Assembly (NCBI GenBank): GCA_964355175.1
Contig: CAYHBZ010000001.1
Location: 445-64,444 of the forward strand
Direction: 5' to 3'
From: an uncultured Gammaproteobacteria bacterium
Lineage (GTDB): Bacteria; Patescibacteriota; Patescibacteriia; Magasanikbacterales; GWA2-37-8
DNA length: 64,000 nt
The position numbers were made by a program, and so were the translations under genes. The notes under the pieces were generated by a model. It was not told where the DNA came from. It made no database searches and saw only the letters and a list, made by a program, of their open reading frames with translations. Positions 1-10,853 of this stretch are shown here, piece after piece. The first letter of the stretch is position 1. Each line of letters starts with the position of its first letter.

Positions 1-164
1 CGTAGGTGAGATAGCCCGCGTCCAAAATTCCAATTGAAGCCAAGGCGATAATCGCTTTTTTCCAATTAGCTTCAATAATTACTGGTTGGCAAATAAATTG
101 TTTTATTTTGTTCAACATACTGTATGTTATATATAATATTATATATACAGTGTAGCACGCCTTT

Positions 165-1640
165 TTATTTCTCAAAAGTGTTGTCGGCACCGAGATCAAG
201 AGTCTGATCAATATTTATTTCAGCCACAAATTCGTAGGCATGACTTACCAAAATAATCGCGCCTTCAAAATCATTGAGCGCTTTAGCTATGATTGGTAAA
301 TGACGGAAATTGATATGATTGGTTGGTTCATCCATGATAAGTAGGCCTGGTTTTTGTAGCACAAAGCGTGCGTAGCAGAGCAAACCTTTTTGACCTTCAG
401 AAAATGAACCAATTTTATTTTTTAAAATTTCGCTAGAGAGTAAAAATTGGGCGGCCGTACCGTAGATTTCTTGATTCCATGGATCTACCATCATGTCAGC
501 CAATGCCTGATAGCCGGTTTTATCAAAATCCAGACCAGAAAAATCTTGGCGGTAATATCCCACTTTTACATCTTTGCTAATAGAGGCGCCAGTTTCGGTC
601 CCTAGAGCTAGAGCTTGCAAGAATGTGCTTTTGCCAATACCATTTGGACCTTCGATAATTAATTTTTGTTTTTTGCGTAGGGAGATAGGGGAGAGTAAAT
701 TTTTGCGTACCGGTTCGTGGTTTACCATGATGCCGACAGATTTTATTTCCGCTACGGCGCCGACAATATCAGTCTGAGAAGGAATAATAAAATCACGAAT
801 AGTTTTATCTTCTTGGCGTTCATCTACCATGTTTTCTTCGGCTTCTTCCACTTGATCACGAAGTTTGCTGGCGAGCGCGCGCATCTTACCACCTTTGTGA
901 GAGAAAAAGTTTATTTTGTCTTTTCTGTCTTGGATACTTCTTTGTAGCTGGGCGTTCTTTGCGCGTTCACGCTCTATTTGCGCTTCGATTTCGCCAAGCA
1001 CTTCATAGTAGTCGCCTACATATTGCTCCACTTTGTGAGTATATGAATCCAAATAAAGCACACCGTGAGTAAAAGCGTTCAAGAAATTCGCGTCATGCGA
1101 AATTACCAAACAAGTTTTTGGATAATTCATCAAAAATTGTGTAAGGTGTCCAATACCGTCGGCATCAAGATTGTTGGTCGGCTCGTCAAGCAACAAAATA
1201 TCCGGTTGTTGAATCAAAGCAAAAGCCAAAAGTAAGCGAGCTTGTTGGCCGCCGGAAAATTCTTTTATTTTTTTATCAAGTTTTACATTTAGTCGCACTA
1301 CTTCCAATACATCCTTAATTCTTTTTGGCAGATCATATTTTTTATCTTCAAAAGCTCCGGCAAAAAACTCTTCCAAACTTTTTTCAGCATTTTCCGGCTT
1401 CATTACTTGAGTGGCGATGCCGATAGTGGCGCCTTGTCCGATATGGACACTGCCTTTTTCCGGTTTGAGTTCACCAGTAATCATTTTAAAAATAGTACTT
1501 TTACCAGCGCCGTTTTGGCCCATGATAGTAATTTTGGCATTTTCACGCACTGAAAAACTCGCGTCTTCGAGCAAGATTTTGTTTTCATCGTAATAAAATG
1601 TCACATTATCAAAACGCAGAATTACGTCACCATGGTCCAT
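165..1640 (-). CDS. ABC-F family ATPase (two tandem ABC cassettes, EttA/YheS-like)
   Basis: 491 aa with two Walker A motifs (GQNGAGKST, GPNGIGKST), two LSGG-like signatures and no TM segments. Confidence 0.85.
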   Translation of the reverse strand: MDHGDVILRFDNVTFYYDENKILLEDASFSVRENAKITIMGQNGAGKSTIFKMITGELKPEKGSVHIGQGATIGIATQVMKPENAEKSLEEFFAGAFEDKKYDLPKRIKDVLEVVRLNVKLDKKIKEFSGGQQARLLLAFALIQQPDILLLDEPTNNLDADGIGHLTQFLMNYPKTCLVISHDANFLNAFTHGVLYLDSYTHKVEQYVGDYYEVLGEIEAQIERERAKNAQLQRSIQDRKDKINFFSHKGGKMRALASKLRDQVEEAEENMVDERQEDKTIRDFIIPSQTDIVGAVAEIKSVGIMVNHEPVRKNLLSPISLRKKQKLIIEGPNGIGKSTFLQALALGTETGASISKDVKVGYYRQDFSGLDFDKTGYQALADMMVDPWNQEIYGTAAQFLLSSEILKNKIGSFSEGQKGLLCYARFVLQKPGLLIMDEPTNHINFRHLPIIAKALNDFEGAIILVSHAYEFVAEINIDQTLDLGADNTFEK

Positions 1641-1748
1641 ATATTGAATTTAATCTATTTTACTGGCAAATTGTACCACAAAAATCGCTTTTGGTCAATG
1701 TTAAACAGCCCCAGAAATATCGGGCTTTAATATATTTGGTTGATTATT

Positions 1749-3515
1749 TTAGGTAGTTAAAATAGCCCTGAGTCTTTTGGTGGCTTCGGGTGCTTTGGAT
1801 CGCACTGGTCCGATGCCGCTAGCGGCTATATTTTCTACCTCAAAAACAAAAGTAACCTGTTTTTCTTCCCCTTTATTGCGCGCTTCTTGGTTTAATCTCG
1901 GAATATCAATATTATAATGTTCCCAAGTTCTTTGAATTTGTTCGGTGCTTGGGGATTGGCCCATAGGCAACTTGCGTCTGTGGGCGCGGCGTGAATAAAA
2001 AGCACTGCGTCCGCCTTCCTGTGTGTTTTTGTCTTCGCCTGCCTCATTTAATTTTTCAGAACATCGAATCTCCCGCAGGTGGCTAAGAATAATATTTTTC
2101 AAAAATTCCGCGTCTGGGGGCAGTAGTAGACCATCTTTGGTATCCGCTTGTTTAAAAGTAAAAAATTCGTCCAATAACAGTTTAAATGTAAAATTTCCGA
2201 TTTTTACAGTCACTACCGTATCGCGTTTGTTTTTAGGATCCATTTCGTAGGCGATAGCTTTGAATCCTAAATTTTTTAAATCCTCATCGGATATTTCCAA
2301 TAAATCTCCTCGAGGGGATAGAAGATATCTGGTGTCAGTTTGCATTTCTTGTACGAGTCGTTCATTTTCTTTGGCGATCAGTTCTAGTTTTTCTTGGTCA
2401 ATATTTTCTGGATGTAGATAAGCCAATGACTCCCAATAAGTTTCATCAGTTTGAGCAGTTTTATCTTTTGAATCTTTGTCTAGAGCGGTTTTTATTAGTT
2501 CGGATATATTTTGAATGTTTGAGCCGCCTTGAAAATTTGGCAATACCACGTTGATTCGTGTCTTTGATGGATCTAAGCGATTGTGCTCTTGGACAGATAA
2601 TTTTGTTACCAATTTTCTGAGGTCGCTAGGATTTTTAAATATGATGTCGTTTGGATAGCCACCGGATGTCATATCATCCATAGTCATGTTGGTGGTATCT
2701 TTTGCTCCCTTACTAAAAAGCATTTTTAGCTTACGCAATTTTACCGGGTCCCATTCTTTCTGTATATTTTGAAAAGCAATCATATTTTCTTTTTTACTCA
2801 GTGCTTGTTGCAAGCCGGTGTAATATTTATCTTTTAGTTCCGGATATTTTAGATAAATATAATAATCACGGGCGGCATCAATGTCGATTGCTTTTTTTAG
2901 TACTTCGTCATCGTTTGGAATCCAGGTGCCTAATATTAACAAAGTAAATTGTTTGGAGTCGGCGTCCATGATATTGTCAGCGTCGTTGCAGATAATTTGA
3001 GATACAAGTTTTTCTATATTCTGATTTCCACTCTTTATGCCGATCAATAATAAATTATAAACACAATCAATCATTGATTTGGAATCTTTGTTGCTACGGA
3101 GGAATTGTCTAATAAAATTTTCCGCTATATCTTTGAAAACGGTATCTTGGGCATAATAGCTAAGCCATTTTTCAATAGCGGCATTGGGCAGTGTCGGTGT
3201 TTCTTTAAAATTTATCTTTTTAATTCCTTCAATAATTTTTTCTCTGTATCGTAATACCTTGTCATAGCCAGGTAGACCGTCTATCATATCAAAGGCGGCA
3301 AATAAGCCCTCCAGCTTTTCTGGTTCAGCCGGCAGTTGAGCGGTAAATTCTTTTATTTGTTGATGAATTTGTTCTGAATTTTTATATGGGAAATCCAATA
3401 GCCAAGTTAATTCAGGCGATGTTGCAAAAAGAGATTCTTCTGGCGAATGTGGCACTCCTTCTAATTTTGGTTCTTCCGGAAAGCGAGCCATTTCTGGAAA
3501 TGGTCTAAATTTCAT
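1749..3515 (-). CDS. hypothetical protein (588 aa)
   Basis: Long uninterrupted ORF; no motif I recognise. Confidence 0.55.
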   Translation of the reverse strand: MKFRPFPEMARFPEEPKLEGVPHSPEESLFATSPELTWLLDFPYKNSEQIHQQIKEFTAQLPAEPEKLEGLFAAFDMIDGLPGYDKVLRYREKIIEGIKKINFKETPTLPNAAIEKWLSYYAQDTVFKDIAENFIRQFLRSNKDSKSMIDCVYNLLLIGIKSGNQNIEKLVSQIICNDADNIMDADSKQFTLLILGTWIPNDDEVLKKAIDIDAARDYYIYLKYPELKDKYYTGLQQALSKKENMIAFQNIQKEWDPVKLRKLKMLFSKGAKDTTNMTMDDMTSGGYPNDIIFKNPSDLRKLVTKLSVQEHNRLDPSKTRINVVLPNFQGGSNIQNISELIKTALDKDSKDKTAQTDETYWESLAYLHPENIDQEKLELIAKENERLVQEMQTDTRYLLSPRGDLLEISDEDLKNLGFKAIAYEMDPKNKRDTVVTVKIGNFTFKLLLDEFFTFKQADTKDGLLLPPDAEFLKNIILSHLREIRCSEKLNEAGEDKNTQEGGRSAFYSRRAHRRKLPMGQSPSTEQIQRTWEHYNIDIPRLNQEARNKGEEKQVTFVFEVENIAASGIGPVRSKAPEATKRLRAILTT

Positions 3516-3650
3516 ATATAAATGTCAGTTTGTTAATGCTATATATTATATCAACAATGATTAATAAAGCAATTAGTTTATATGCATCATTTTGACAAAA
3601 AAGTTATTATGGCCTAGTGTATATATAGGTTATTTTTAATTTATAAAAAT

Positions 3651-4403
3651 ATGTACGAGATTGCTCTTGTAGTTTTCTTAGTCATAGTGCTAGGTCTGCG
3701 TGTGGTCCAACAGTATGAAAAAGGCGTAGTGTTTCGCTTGGGTAAGATTATTGGTATCAAAGAACCTGGTTTAAATTGGGTAATTCCATTTATCGACCAG
3801 GTGCGCAAAGTGGATTTTCGCACCATTACTTTGCCAATTTCTCCGCAAAAAATTATTACCAAGGATAATGTATCGGTAGATGTGTCTGCCGTGGCTTATT
3901 ACAAAATCGTGGATGGTGTGAAAAGTATTGTGGCAATTGAAAATGTGATGTCCGCCATCAATCAGATTGCTCAGACTTCCGTGCGTAATATTGTTGGGCG
4001 CTTTCAATTGGATGAAATCTTGAGCGAACGCGAAGCAATTAACAAAGAAATTGCTGTAGTATTGGATGCCCATACCGAAGCCTGGGGTGTGGTGGTATCG
4101 GTAGTAGAAATCAAAGATATTGAATTGCCGGAAGGCATGCAGCGCGCCATGGCCAAACAAGCCGAAGCCGAGCGTGAAAAACGCGCCAAAATTATTGCGG
4201 CTGAAGGTGAATTCTTAGCTTCTCAAAAATTGGCCGATGCGGCCGACATTATTGCCGCTCATCCGATTGCTCTCCAATTGCGCAATTTGCAGACTATGGC
4301 CGAAATTAGTGTAGAGAAGAATTCCACTATCATCTTCCCGGCCCAAATGATGAGTACAATCTCCGATATTAAAAATTTTGTTGCCGGTGAAGGTATAAAA
4401 TAA
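3651..4403 (+). CDS. SPFH/band-7 (stomatin-like) membrane protein
   Basis: N-terminal TM followed by an SPFH core (GVVFRLGK..., RAMAKQAEAEREKRAKII coiled coil). Confidence 0.85.
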   Translation: MYEIALVVFLVIVLGLRVVQQYEKGVVFRLGKIIGIKEPGLNWVIPFIDQVRKVDFRTITLPISPQKIITKDNVSVDVSAVAYYKIVDGVKSIVAIENVMSAINQIAQTSVRNIVGRFQLDEILSEREAINKEIAVVLDAHTEAWGVVVSVVEIKDIELPEGMQRAMAKQAEAEREKRAKIIAAEGEFLASQKLADAADIIAAHPIALQLRNLQTMAEISVEKNSTIIFPAQMMSTISDIKNFVAGEGIK

Positions 4404-4449
4404 ATTATTCAAAAGCCTCGACCAGTGTTGGGGCTTTTTTGTTTTTAGG

Positions 4450-4478
4450 TTGTCAAAAAGCCGTTTTTATGCTATAGT
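4450..4478 (+). promoter_or_regulatory. sigma70-like promoter TTGTCA-N17-TATAGT
   Basis: Hexamers with a 17-nt spacer, 10 nt upstream of the ATG at 4488. Confidence 0.5.
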
Positions 4479-4487
4479 TAGTTTATT

Positions 4488-5216
4488 ATGTTTGATACTC
4501 TTCTAGTTATTTGGAATCAATTTTTGTTGATTCCGCTTGTGAACGCCTTGATCTGGATTTACAATAATTTCACTGACCACAATTTAGGCTGGGCCGTAGT
4601 ATGGCTCACGGTTTTGTTACGATTTGTTTTGTTACCGCTCACTATTATTTCTGAGCGTAATTCCGTAAAACAAGAAAAAGCTCAGGAGGAAGCCCTAGAA
4701 GCTGCTCAAGCTTTTCGTCATGATAGTATTGCCCAAAACGAGGAAATTCGTAAAATAATCAAAAGAAATAAGATCTCTCCTTGGGCCAAAGTGCTTACGT
4801 TGCTGATTCAATTACTCGTGTTAGTACTGCTTTATCAGGTGTTTGTGCGCGGTATCACCGGAGACAGACTAGCCAAAATTTTGTACCCTTCGATAGATTT
4901 TCCAGGTAAAATTAACACCAATTTTTATGGCTTTGAGATTGGTCATATCCATGATTGGATTTGGGCTGGAATAGCCGCTGTTTATATTTTTGCTTATACT
5001 GTTTTTGAAAATCGTAATCAGAAACATTGGGAAAATAGTCAGGTAGTTTTTCTATTTTTATTCCCACTATTTACCTTTACCGCGCTATGGATGTTGCCGA
5101 TGGTAAAGTCCTTGTTTATTTTGACTTCCATGGTATTTTCTGATATAATCAGCGTATTAATATATGTGCTTTTTTCCGCTAAACCCAAAGATACGGGCGG
5201 GGGAGGCCACCACTAA
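4488..5216 (+). CDS. yidC: YidC/Oxa1-like membrane insertase (short form)
   Basis: Multi-TM protein; LLRFVLLPL and KVLTLLIQLLVLVLLYQV resemble conserved YidC TM motifs. Confidence 0.55.
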   Translation: MFDTLLVIWNQFLLIPLVNALIWIYNNFTDHNLGWAVVWLTVLLRFVLLPLTIISERNSVKQEKAQEEALEAAQAFRHDSIAQNEEIRKIIKRNKISPWAKVLTLLIQLLVLVLLYQVFVRGITGDRLAKILYPSIDFPGKINTNFYGFEIGHIHDWIWAGIAAVYIFAYTVFENRNQKHWENSQVVFLFLFPLFTFTALWMLPMVKSLFILTSMVFSDIISVLIYVLFSAKPKDTGGGGHH

Positions 5217-5221
5217 AATTT

Positions 5222-5791
5222 ATGGCCGGAGATTCTTTAGATAAATTAATGTATTCGTTCGTAGTGGACGATGTTCTCAAAGGCTTTTTTATCACCGTCC
5301 CACCAGGTTATGTTGCTTGTGTCTATGATTTGGGTCGCGGTGTATTGAAAAAAGTTTTGACCCCAGGCTTACACCTCAAAATTCCTTTTTGGCAGAAAGC
5401 CAAGCTGTTTAATGTGCAGACCTTGGAATATTCCATCAATCGTCAATTCAATGTCCAAAATGAAAAAGCTTTGGGAGATATTCCAATAGCCGCTATGACC
5501 CAGGACGGTATGCGTGTGGGTGTAGAGGGGACTGTATTACTCCGCTTGGATGTTCATCAGATTCCAAGCATCTGGCAACAGATCGGTGAAGATTTTGTCG
5601 CTAAGATTATCCGCCCGACTATCCGCAGTAGAGTACGTATGGTATTTAGTAAATTTGATCAGAATGAGATCGTAAGCACCAAGCGTGACGCGGTAGAGAT
5701 GGATCTCAAAAATGAGCTCGAACGCATCTTTTATGCTCGTGGGATATATGTAGAAAATGTTCTTTTGCATGAAGTGCAGACTATAAAATAA
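5222..5791 (+). CDS. SPFH/prohibitin-like domain protein
   Basis: Band-7 core pattern (GLHLKIPF..., VLLRLDV..., ARGIYVENVLL). Confidence 0.65.
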   Translation: MAGDSLDKLMYSFVVDDVLKGFFITVPPGYVACVYDLGRGVLKKVLTPGLHLKIPFWQKAKLFNVQTLEYSINRQFNVQNEKALGDIPIAAMTQDGMRVGVEGTVLLRLDVHQIPSIWQQIGEDFVAKIIRPTIRSRVRMVFSKFDQNEIVSTKRDAVEMDLKNELERIFYARGIYVENVLLHEVQTIK

Positions 5792-5851
5792 AAGCCTAAA
5801 AGACCATGTAAAATGGTCTTTTTTGTTTATTTTAAGCCAAAGTTTAATCCC

Positions 5852-5880
5852 TTGACAGTGTGGATAAGTTCTGGTATATT
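5852..5880 (+). promoter_or_regulatory. promoter TTGACA-N17-TATATT for the hrcA operon
   Basis: Consensus -35, 17-nt spacer, -10 overlapping the CIRCE element. Confidence 0.6.
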
Positions 5881-5905
5881 ATCACTCGTAAGGTTAGAGT
5901 GATAA
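5879..5905 (+). promoter_or_regulatory. CIRCE operator (TTATCACTC-N9-GAGTGATAA)
   Basis: Perfect 9-bp inverted repeat with N9 spacer, one mismatch per half-site to TTAGCACTC-N9-GAGTGCTAA; it sits directly upstream of hrcA. Confidence 0.8.
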
Positions 5906-5906
5906 C

Positions 5907-6593
5907 ATGCCTATGAATACCCGCCAAGAACAACTCCTCACCCTCGTAATTGAAAAATATATTGCTACGGCCCAACCAATTGGGTCGAAAGTTTTGGTGT
6001 CTGAAGCTGGTTTAGATTGGAGCGAAGCCACTGTCCGCAATGAATTGCGCGAACTGGAAGAGATGGGCTACCTGACTCATCCTCACACCTCAGCTGGTCG
6101 TATTCCTACCGAAGCAGGGTATAAGTACTATATTGAAAAAACTGATTGGGAAAAAATGAAAGTCGGCAAGAAAGAGTCAGATGCTTTGGAAAGTTTTTTT
6201 GGTTTTGAAGACAAAATTCAAGCTCAAAAAAATCTAGCAAAAGTTTTGGCCGCTATCACTCAGGAAACCGTTATCTTTGCTTTTTCTCCCAATTCGATTT
6301 ATTACACCGGTCTTTCCAACTTATTTTCCAAACCGGAATTTATCGAATTAGGTATAGTGGGGGATGTATCGCAAGTTTTTGATCGCTGTGAAGATTGTAT
6401 TCCTGGTTTTTACGATCTTGTTTCTGGTGAAATTAAATTTTTTGTTGGTACTGAGCATCCGTTTGGAAATATGTTATCCGTCGCGTCTTTTAAATTTGGT
6501 GACAGCTTGTTGATATTGTTGGCGCCAAATCGCACCGATTACAAACGCAATTATTCGCTTTTACAATTAGTTAAAGAAATTTTAAACAAGTAA
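5907..6593 (+). CDS. hrcA: heat-inducible repressor HrcA (short, 228 aa)
   Basis: N-terminal wHTH (IGSKVL...ATVRNELRELEEMGYL...HTSAGRIPT). Confidence 0.85.
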   Translation: MPMNTRQEQLLTLVIEKYIATAQPIGSKVLVSEAGLDWSEATVRNELRELEEMGYLTHPHTSAGRIPTEAGYKYYIEKTDWEKMKVGKKESDALESFFGFEDKIQAQKNLAKVLAAITQETVIFAFSPNSIYYTGLSNLFSKPEFIELGIVGDVSQVFDRCEDCIPGFYDLVSGEIKFFVGTEHPFGNMLSVASFKFGDSLLILLAPNRTDYKRNYSLLQLVKEILNK

Positions 6594-6594
6594 T

Positions 6595-7527
6595 ATGACT
6601 GATTTAAATACAGAAAAAAAGTTCCCAAGAGTAGTGGTTGGTGCCTATATATTTAACAAAGAAGGTAAAATGTTTGTAATGCGCTCTCCTAGTTGGGGTG
6701 GTCGTTTAATTGGTCCAGGCGGCCATGTAGAATACGGCGAAACTGGAGAAGAAGCTTTAAAACGCGAAGTGAAAGAGGAAACTAATTTAGATATTGCCGA
6801 TATTGAACTATTGGGCACTCTAGAATTAGTTGAACATCCTGGATATAAAAGTAAAAAACATTTTTTAGGACTTAATTACAGAGCTAATGTTGTGGGAGAA
6901 GATTATGAAATAAAATTAGATGAACGAGAAGCGTCTGAATATTTTTGGTTAACACCAGAAGAGATTGTTAAAAGAGACGATGTGGTTGATATTGTAAAAG
7001 AAAATGTTGAAAAATTTTTAATAAAAGACAAAAAAAGTTTTTGGGGAAGTAAAGAATGTAAAGATTGCTCTGCAAATACAGATAAAATTGAAGAATATAA
7101 AAAAGATTGGCAGCGTGCGCTAGCAGATTATAAAAATTTACAAAAAGAAACTAGTGAGCGCCGTGGCGAATGGGCGCAAATGAGCAAGGCGAATATTCTC
7201 GAAGATTTTATTCCAGTTTACGACAATTTCAAATCCGCTTTTTTTCATCATCCTCAGTTACAAGTTGATAATGAAGAACATAAGCAAATGAAGAACTGGA
7301 TTGATGGTGTCGGATTTATCATGAAACAATTTGGTGATGTGATGAAAGCGCACGGTATCGAAGAAATAAAAACTGTCGGAGAAAAATTTGACCCAAATAT
7401 GCATGAATCCATGGGCGAAGAAGAAGTGGAAGGAAAAGAACCGGGGATAGTAATTAAAGAATTAATAGGTGGCTATAAAATGGGAGGAAAAATTATTAAA
7501 GCCGCCAAAGTAACAATTACAAAATAA
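6595..7527 (+). CDS. grpE: Nudix hydrolase domain fused to a GrpE nucleotide-exchange domain
   Basis: Nudix box GGHVEYGETGEEALKREVKEETNL in the N-terminal half; C-terminal half matches the GrpE core (ILEDFIPVYDNF..., KFDPNMHESM..., GYKMGGKIIKAAKV). Confidence 0.75.
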   Translation: MTDLNTEKKFPRVVVGAYIFNKEGKMFVMRSPSWGGRLIGPGGHVEYGETGEEALKREVKEETNLDIADIELLGTLELVEHPGYKSKKHFLGLNYRANVVGEDYEIKLDEREASEYFWLTPEEIVKRDDVVDIVKENVEKFLIKDKKSFWGSKECKDCSANTDKIEEYKKDWQRALADYKNLQKETSERRGEWAQMSKANILEDFIPVYDNFKSAFFHHPQLQVDNEEHKQMKNWIDGVGFIMKQFGDVMKAHGIEEIKTVGEKFDPNMHESMGEEEVEGKEPGIVIKELIGGYKMGGKIIKAAKVTITK

Positions 7528-7550
7528 ATTTAATTTTAAATTTTTATTAT

Positions 7551-7982
7551 ATGACTTTAATACGCTGGAGCCCTATGTGGGATCCGTTTGATCAGTCAGA
7601 CGAAGCTTTCAATCGTTTGCCGGCAGTAAATTCCAGTATGAAAGCCTTTACACCCGCCGTAGATATATACGAAACCGACAAATCCGTAGTGGTAGAAACA
7701 CCGCTCGCTGGATTTAGTCCCGAAGATGTCAAAGTAAGTGTAGAAAATGGCGTGCTCACTCTGCAAGGTGAACACCACAAAGAACACGAAATTGAGGAAA
7801 AAAATTATCATCGTAAAGAAGTGCGTAGTGGATCATTTTTCCGCCAGATCGCTTTGCCGGCAGAAGTGGCCGAAGATAAAGTAGAAGCGACCTTTGAAGA
7901 TGGTATACTGAAAATTGAATGTCCGAAATTACAATTATCTGAACCAAAAAAAGTAGAAATTAAAATTACTAAAAAGAAATAA
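7551..7982 (+). CDS. Hsp20/alpha-crystallin small heat shock protein
   Basis: ACD pattern (PAVDIYETD..., GVLTLQGEH..., FEDGILKIECPK). Confidence 0.85.
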   Translation: MTLIRWSPMWDPFDQSDEAFNRLPAVNSSMKAFTPAVDIYETDKSVVVETPLAGFSPEDVKVSVENGVLTLQGEHHKEHEIEEKNYHRKEVRSGSFFRQIALPAEVAEDKVEATFEDGILKIECPKLQLSEPKKVEIKITKKK

Positions 7983-7984
7983 CT

Positions 7985-8386
7985 ATGCCAACTTCTAAAG
8001 AAGATTTAAAAAGTTTAACCAAATTAGGCAAGGGTGCGACTTCCAAAGTAGAAAAAAGTTTGGAAGTATTTCCTAATCACGCCGGACCAAATATGGAAGT
8101 GGAGCTGGTATGTACCGAATTCACTTGCCGTTGCCCGCTTACTGGTCAACCGGATTACGCTGAAATTGTAATCAATTATGTGCCGGATAAATATGTAGTG
8201 GAAAGTAAATCCATGAAACTATATTTAGAAACATATCGCAACGAAGGAGTTTTTCATGAGCATTTGGCTGTAGATATTGGAAAAGATTTTGTGAAGTTCG
8301 TGAAGCCAAAAAAATGTGAAGTGGAAGTAAGATTTAATATCAGAGGTGGCATCGCCATTTCCGCAAAATGGAAAGACGGAAAATAA
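7985..8386 (+). CDS. queF: NADPH-dependent 7-cyano-7-deazaguanine reductase QueF (type I)
   Basis: Catalytic-Cys region CRCPLTGQPDYA and the QueF motif ESKSMKLYLETYRN. Confidence 0.75.
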   Translation: MPTSKEDLKSLTKLGKGATSKVEKSLEVFPNHAGPNMEVELVCTEFTCRCPLTGQPDYAEIVINYVPDKYVVESKSMKLYLETYRNEGVFHEHLAVDIGKDFVKFVKPKKCEVEVRFNIRGGIAISAKWKDGK

Positions 8387-8413
8387 TTTAACTAATATAA
8401 TAATTTAATATAT

Positions 8414-10327
8414 ATGTCAAAAGTACTTGGAATCGACTTAGGTACAACCAATAGTTGTATGGCTATCATCGAGGGGGGCCAACCAAAAGTTCTCGAAAAT
8501 AAAGAAGGTGCACGCACCACTCCGTCCATCGTGGCTGTGAATAAATCAGGCGAACGCTTGGTAGGTCAGCTGTCCAAACGTCAGGCTGTGACCAATCCGG
8601 AAAATACTTTGTATTCCATCAAGCGCCTGATCGGTCGCAATTGGAATGACGAAGAAGTACAGCGCGATCTCAAACTCATGCCTTACAAGATTGTAAAATC
8701 TGGTGAAGGTGTGAAAGTGGTAATGCAAGGTAAAGAATATTCTCCTCAGGAAATCTCGGCCATGATTTTGCAAAAAATGAAAGCCGATGCCGAAGAACGC
8801 TTGGGAGAAAAAATTACCGAAGCAGTAATTACCGTACCAGCTTATTTTGATGATTCTCAGCGCCAGGCTACCAAAGACGCCGGTGAAATTGCCGGTCTAA
8901 AAGTGTTGCGTATTATCAACGAACCAACTGCCGCCGCTTTGGCCTATGGTTTTGATAAAAAAACTGAACAAAAAATCGTAGTTTACGATTTGGGTGGTGG
9001 TACTTTCGATGTGTCTATCCTTGAAGTCGCTCCAGACAATGTGCAGGTGCTTTCTACCAACGGTGATACTCATCTTGGTGGTGATGATTTTGATCAAGTA
9101 ATTATTCAATGGATTTTGGATGAATTTAAAAAAGATCAAGGCGTAGATTTAGGCAGAGATCCTTTGTCTTTGCAGCGTATTAAAGAAGCTGCTGAAAAAG
9201 CCAAGATCGAATTGTCCACTGCTCAAGAAAGTGAAATCAATCAACCATTTATTACTTCCGATGCCAACGGTCCGAAACATTTGGTTTTGAAATTGACTCG
9301 TTCTAAATTGGAAGAATTGGTTGGCGGTCTCGTAGAAAAAACTTTGGGTCCAGTGAAAAAAGCTCTCGAAGATGCCAAACTTTCTCCTTCTGATCTCAAC
9401 GAAGTAATCATGGTCGGTGGTATGACTCGCATGCCATTGGTGTTGGCTACTGTCGAAAAATTCTTTGGTAAAAAACCAAACATTAGTGTGAATCCAGATG
9501 AGGTGGTAGCTATCGGTGCGGCTGTGCAAGGTGGTGTGCTCAAAGGCGATGTGAAAGATGTGTTGTTGCTTGATGTGACTCCATTATCATTTGGTATCGA
9601 AACTATGGGTAGCGTGATGACCAAACTCATCGAACGCAATACCACTATCCCAACTTCTAAATCTCAAACTTTCTCCACGGCCGCTGACAACCAGCCAAGT
9701 GTAGAAATTCATGTATTACAAGGTGAGCGTCCAATGGCCGCTGACAACAAATCTTTGGGTCGCTTTATTTTGGATGGTATCCCAATGGCTCCTCGCGGTA
9801 TTCCGCAAGTCGAAGTGACTTTTGATATCGATGCCAACGGTATCTTGAATGTAAAAGCCAAAGACAAAGGTACTAACAAAGAACAAAGTATTCGTATCGA
9901 AGCCTCCACTGGTCTTTCCAAAGAAGAAATTGAAAAGATGAAAAAAGAAGCCGAATTGCACGCTGACGAGGATAAGAAAAAACAAGAACTTATCGAAGCG
10001 CGCAATATCGCGGATTCCATGGTCTACACCACCGAAAAAATGATGAAAGATGTGGAAGAAAAGAAAGTGGAAATTACTGCCGAAGAAAAATCCAAAGTGG
10101 AAGAAAATTTGAAAATAGTAAAAGAGCTAAAAGACAAAGACGATGTTGAGGCTCTCAAAAAAGCTGCTGACGAACTATCTAAAGCTGCTCAAGCGGTGGG
10201 TATGAAGATGTATCAGAAAGAACAAGACGCTGCCAAAGGGGCTCCGGGTGCCGCTGGTACTGAAGGCGCCGCTCCTGGTACCGACAAAAAAGAGGAAGGC
10301 CCAATTGAAGGGGAAGTAGTGAAATAA
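8414..10327 (+). CDS. dnaK: molecular chaperone DnaK (Hsp70)
   Basis: [28 protein letters not shown] equivalents; 637 aa. Confidence 0.97.
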   Translation: MSKVLGIDLGTTNSCMAIIEGGQPKVLENKEGARTTPSIVAVNKSGERLVGQLSKRQAVTNPENTLYSIKRLIGRNWNDEEVQRDLKLMPYKIVKSGEGVKVVMQGKEYSPQEISAMILQKMKADAEERLGEKITEAVITVPAYFDDSQRQATKDAGEIAGLKVLRIINEPTAAALAYGFDKKTEQKIVVYDLGGGTFDVSILEVAPDNVQVLSTNGDTHLGGDDFDQVIIQWILDEFKKDQGVDLGRDPLSLQRIKEAAEKAKIELSTAQESEINQPFITSDANGPKHLVLKLTRSKLEELVGGLVEKTLGPVKKALEDAKLSPSDLNEVIMVGGMTRMPLVLATVEKFFGKKPNISVNPDEVVAIGAAVQGGVLKGDVKDVLLLDVTPLSFGIETMGSVMTKLIERNTTIPTSKSQTFSTAADNQPSVEIHVLQGERPMAADNKSLGRFILDGIPMAPRGIPQVEVTFDIDANGILNVKAKDKGTNKEQSIRIEASTGLSKEEIEKMKKEAELHADEDKKKQELIEARNIADSMVYTTEKMMKDVEEKKVEITAEEKSKVEENLKIVKELKDKDDVEALKKAADELSKAAQAVGMKMYQKEQDAAKGAPGAAGTEGAAPGTDKKEEGPIEGEVVK

Positions 10328-10351
10328 TCCAATTTAAATGATATAATATGC

Positions 10352-10380
10352 GGGCAGACATTTCGTCTGCCCTCGTATTT
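10352..10380 (+). terminator. rho-independent terminator after dnaK
   Basis: GGGCAGAC-loop-GTCTGCCC stem followed by a T-rich tail. Confidence 0.7.
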
Positions 10381-10396
10381 ATAAAAAGTATACCAT

Positions 10397-10837
10397 ATGT
10401 CCGATAATTTTGAAGCCGACCAAATCGCCGCCGCTGAAATGGGCAAGCAAGATCTAAATAAATTTAGAGCGTATTTTGATCGTTTAAAAGAAAAATTTGC
10501 TAGCAGTAATGGTACGATCGTTTTGGTAAACTCGGAAAATATCGGACAGCCGGAATTAGATGTTTATAAAAAATTTGTTACTTTTGTAAAATCTCTCAGT
10601 GCCGATAATTGTGATTTTAATCAGGTGGTGGCTACTAGCAAAGAGTTGATAGAAGAAGCAAAAAATTGCCCGGAAAAAAATTTTTCCGCTTGGATAAAAA
10701 ATGAAATTGGGCCGTTTTTAATGTTGAAATTTTTGGCTACCAGTTGGGAAGGGTCTGTTGATGATGAAGATGACAGAGGTGTAAAATTTGTAGTTGATTA
10801 TGCTATTTTCAATACTGATCCAGAAAATTTGTACTAA
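10397..10837 (+). CDS. hypothetical protein between dnaK and dnaJ
   Basis: 146-aa ORF in operon context; no recognisable motif. Confidence 0.5.
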   Translation: MSDNFEADQIAAAEMGKQDLNKFRAYFDRLKEKFASSNGTIVLVNSENIGQPELDVYKKFVTFVKSLSADNCDFNQVVATSKELIEEAKNCPEKNFSAWIKNEIGPFLMLKFLATSWEGSVDDEDDRGVKFVVDYAIFNTDPENLY

Positions 10838-10853
10838 ATTCCGTAAATAAATT

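Noticed and set aside
8546-10020. Several antisense ORFs (75-134 aa) inside dnaK
   Set aside because: They are antisense to a highly conserved gene and have Phe/Ser-rich or repetitive composition. They are shadow ORFs.
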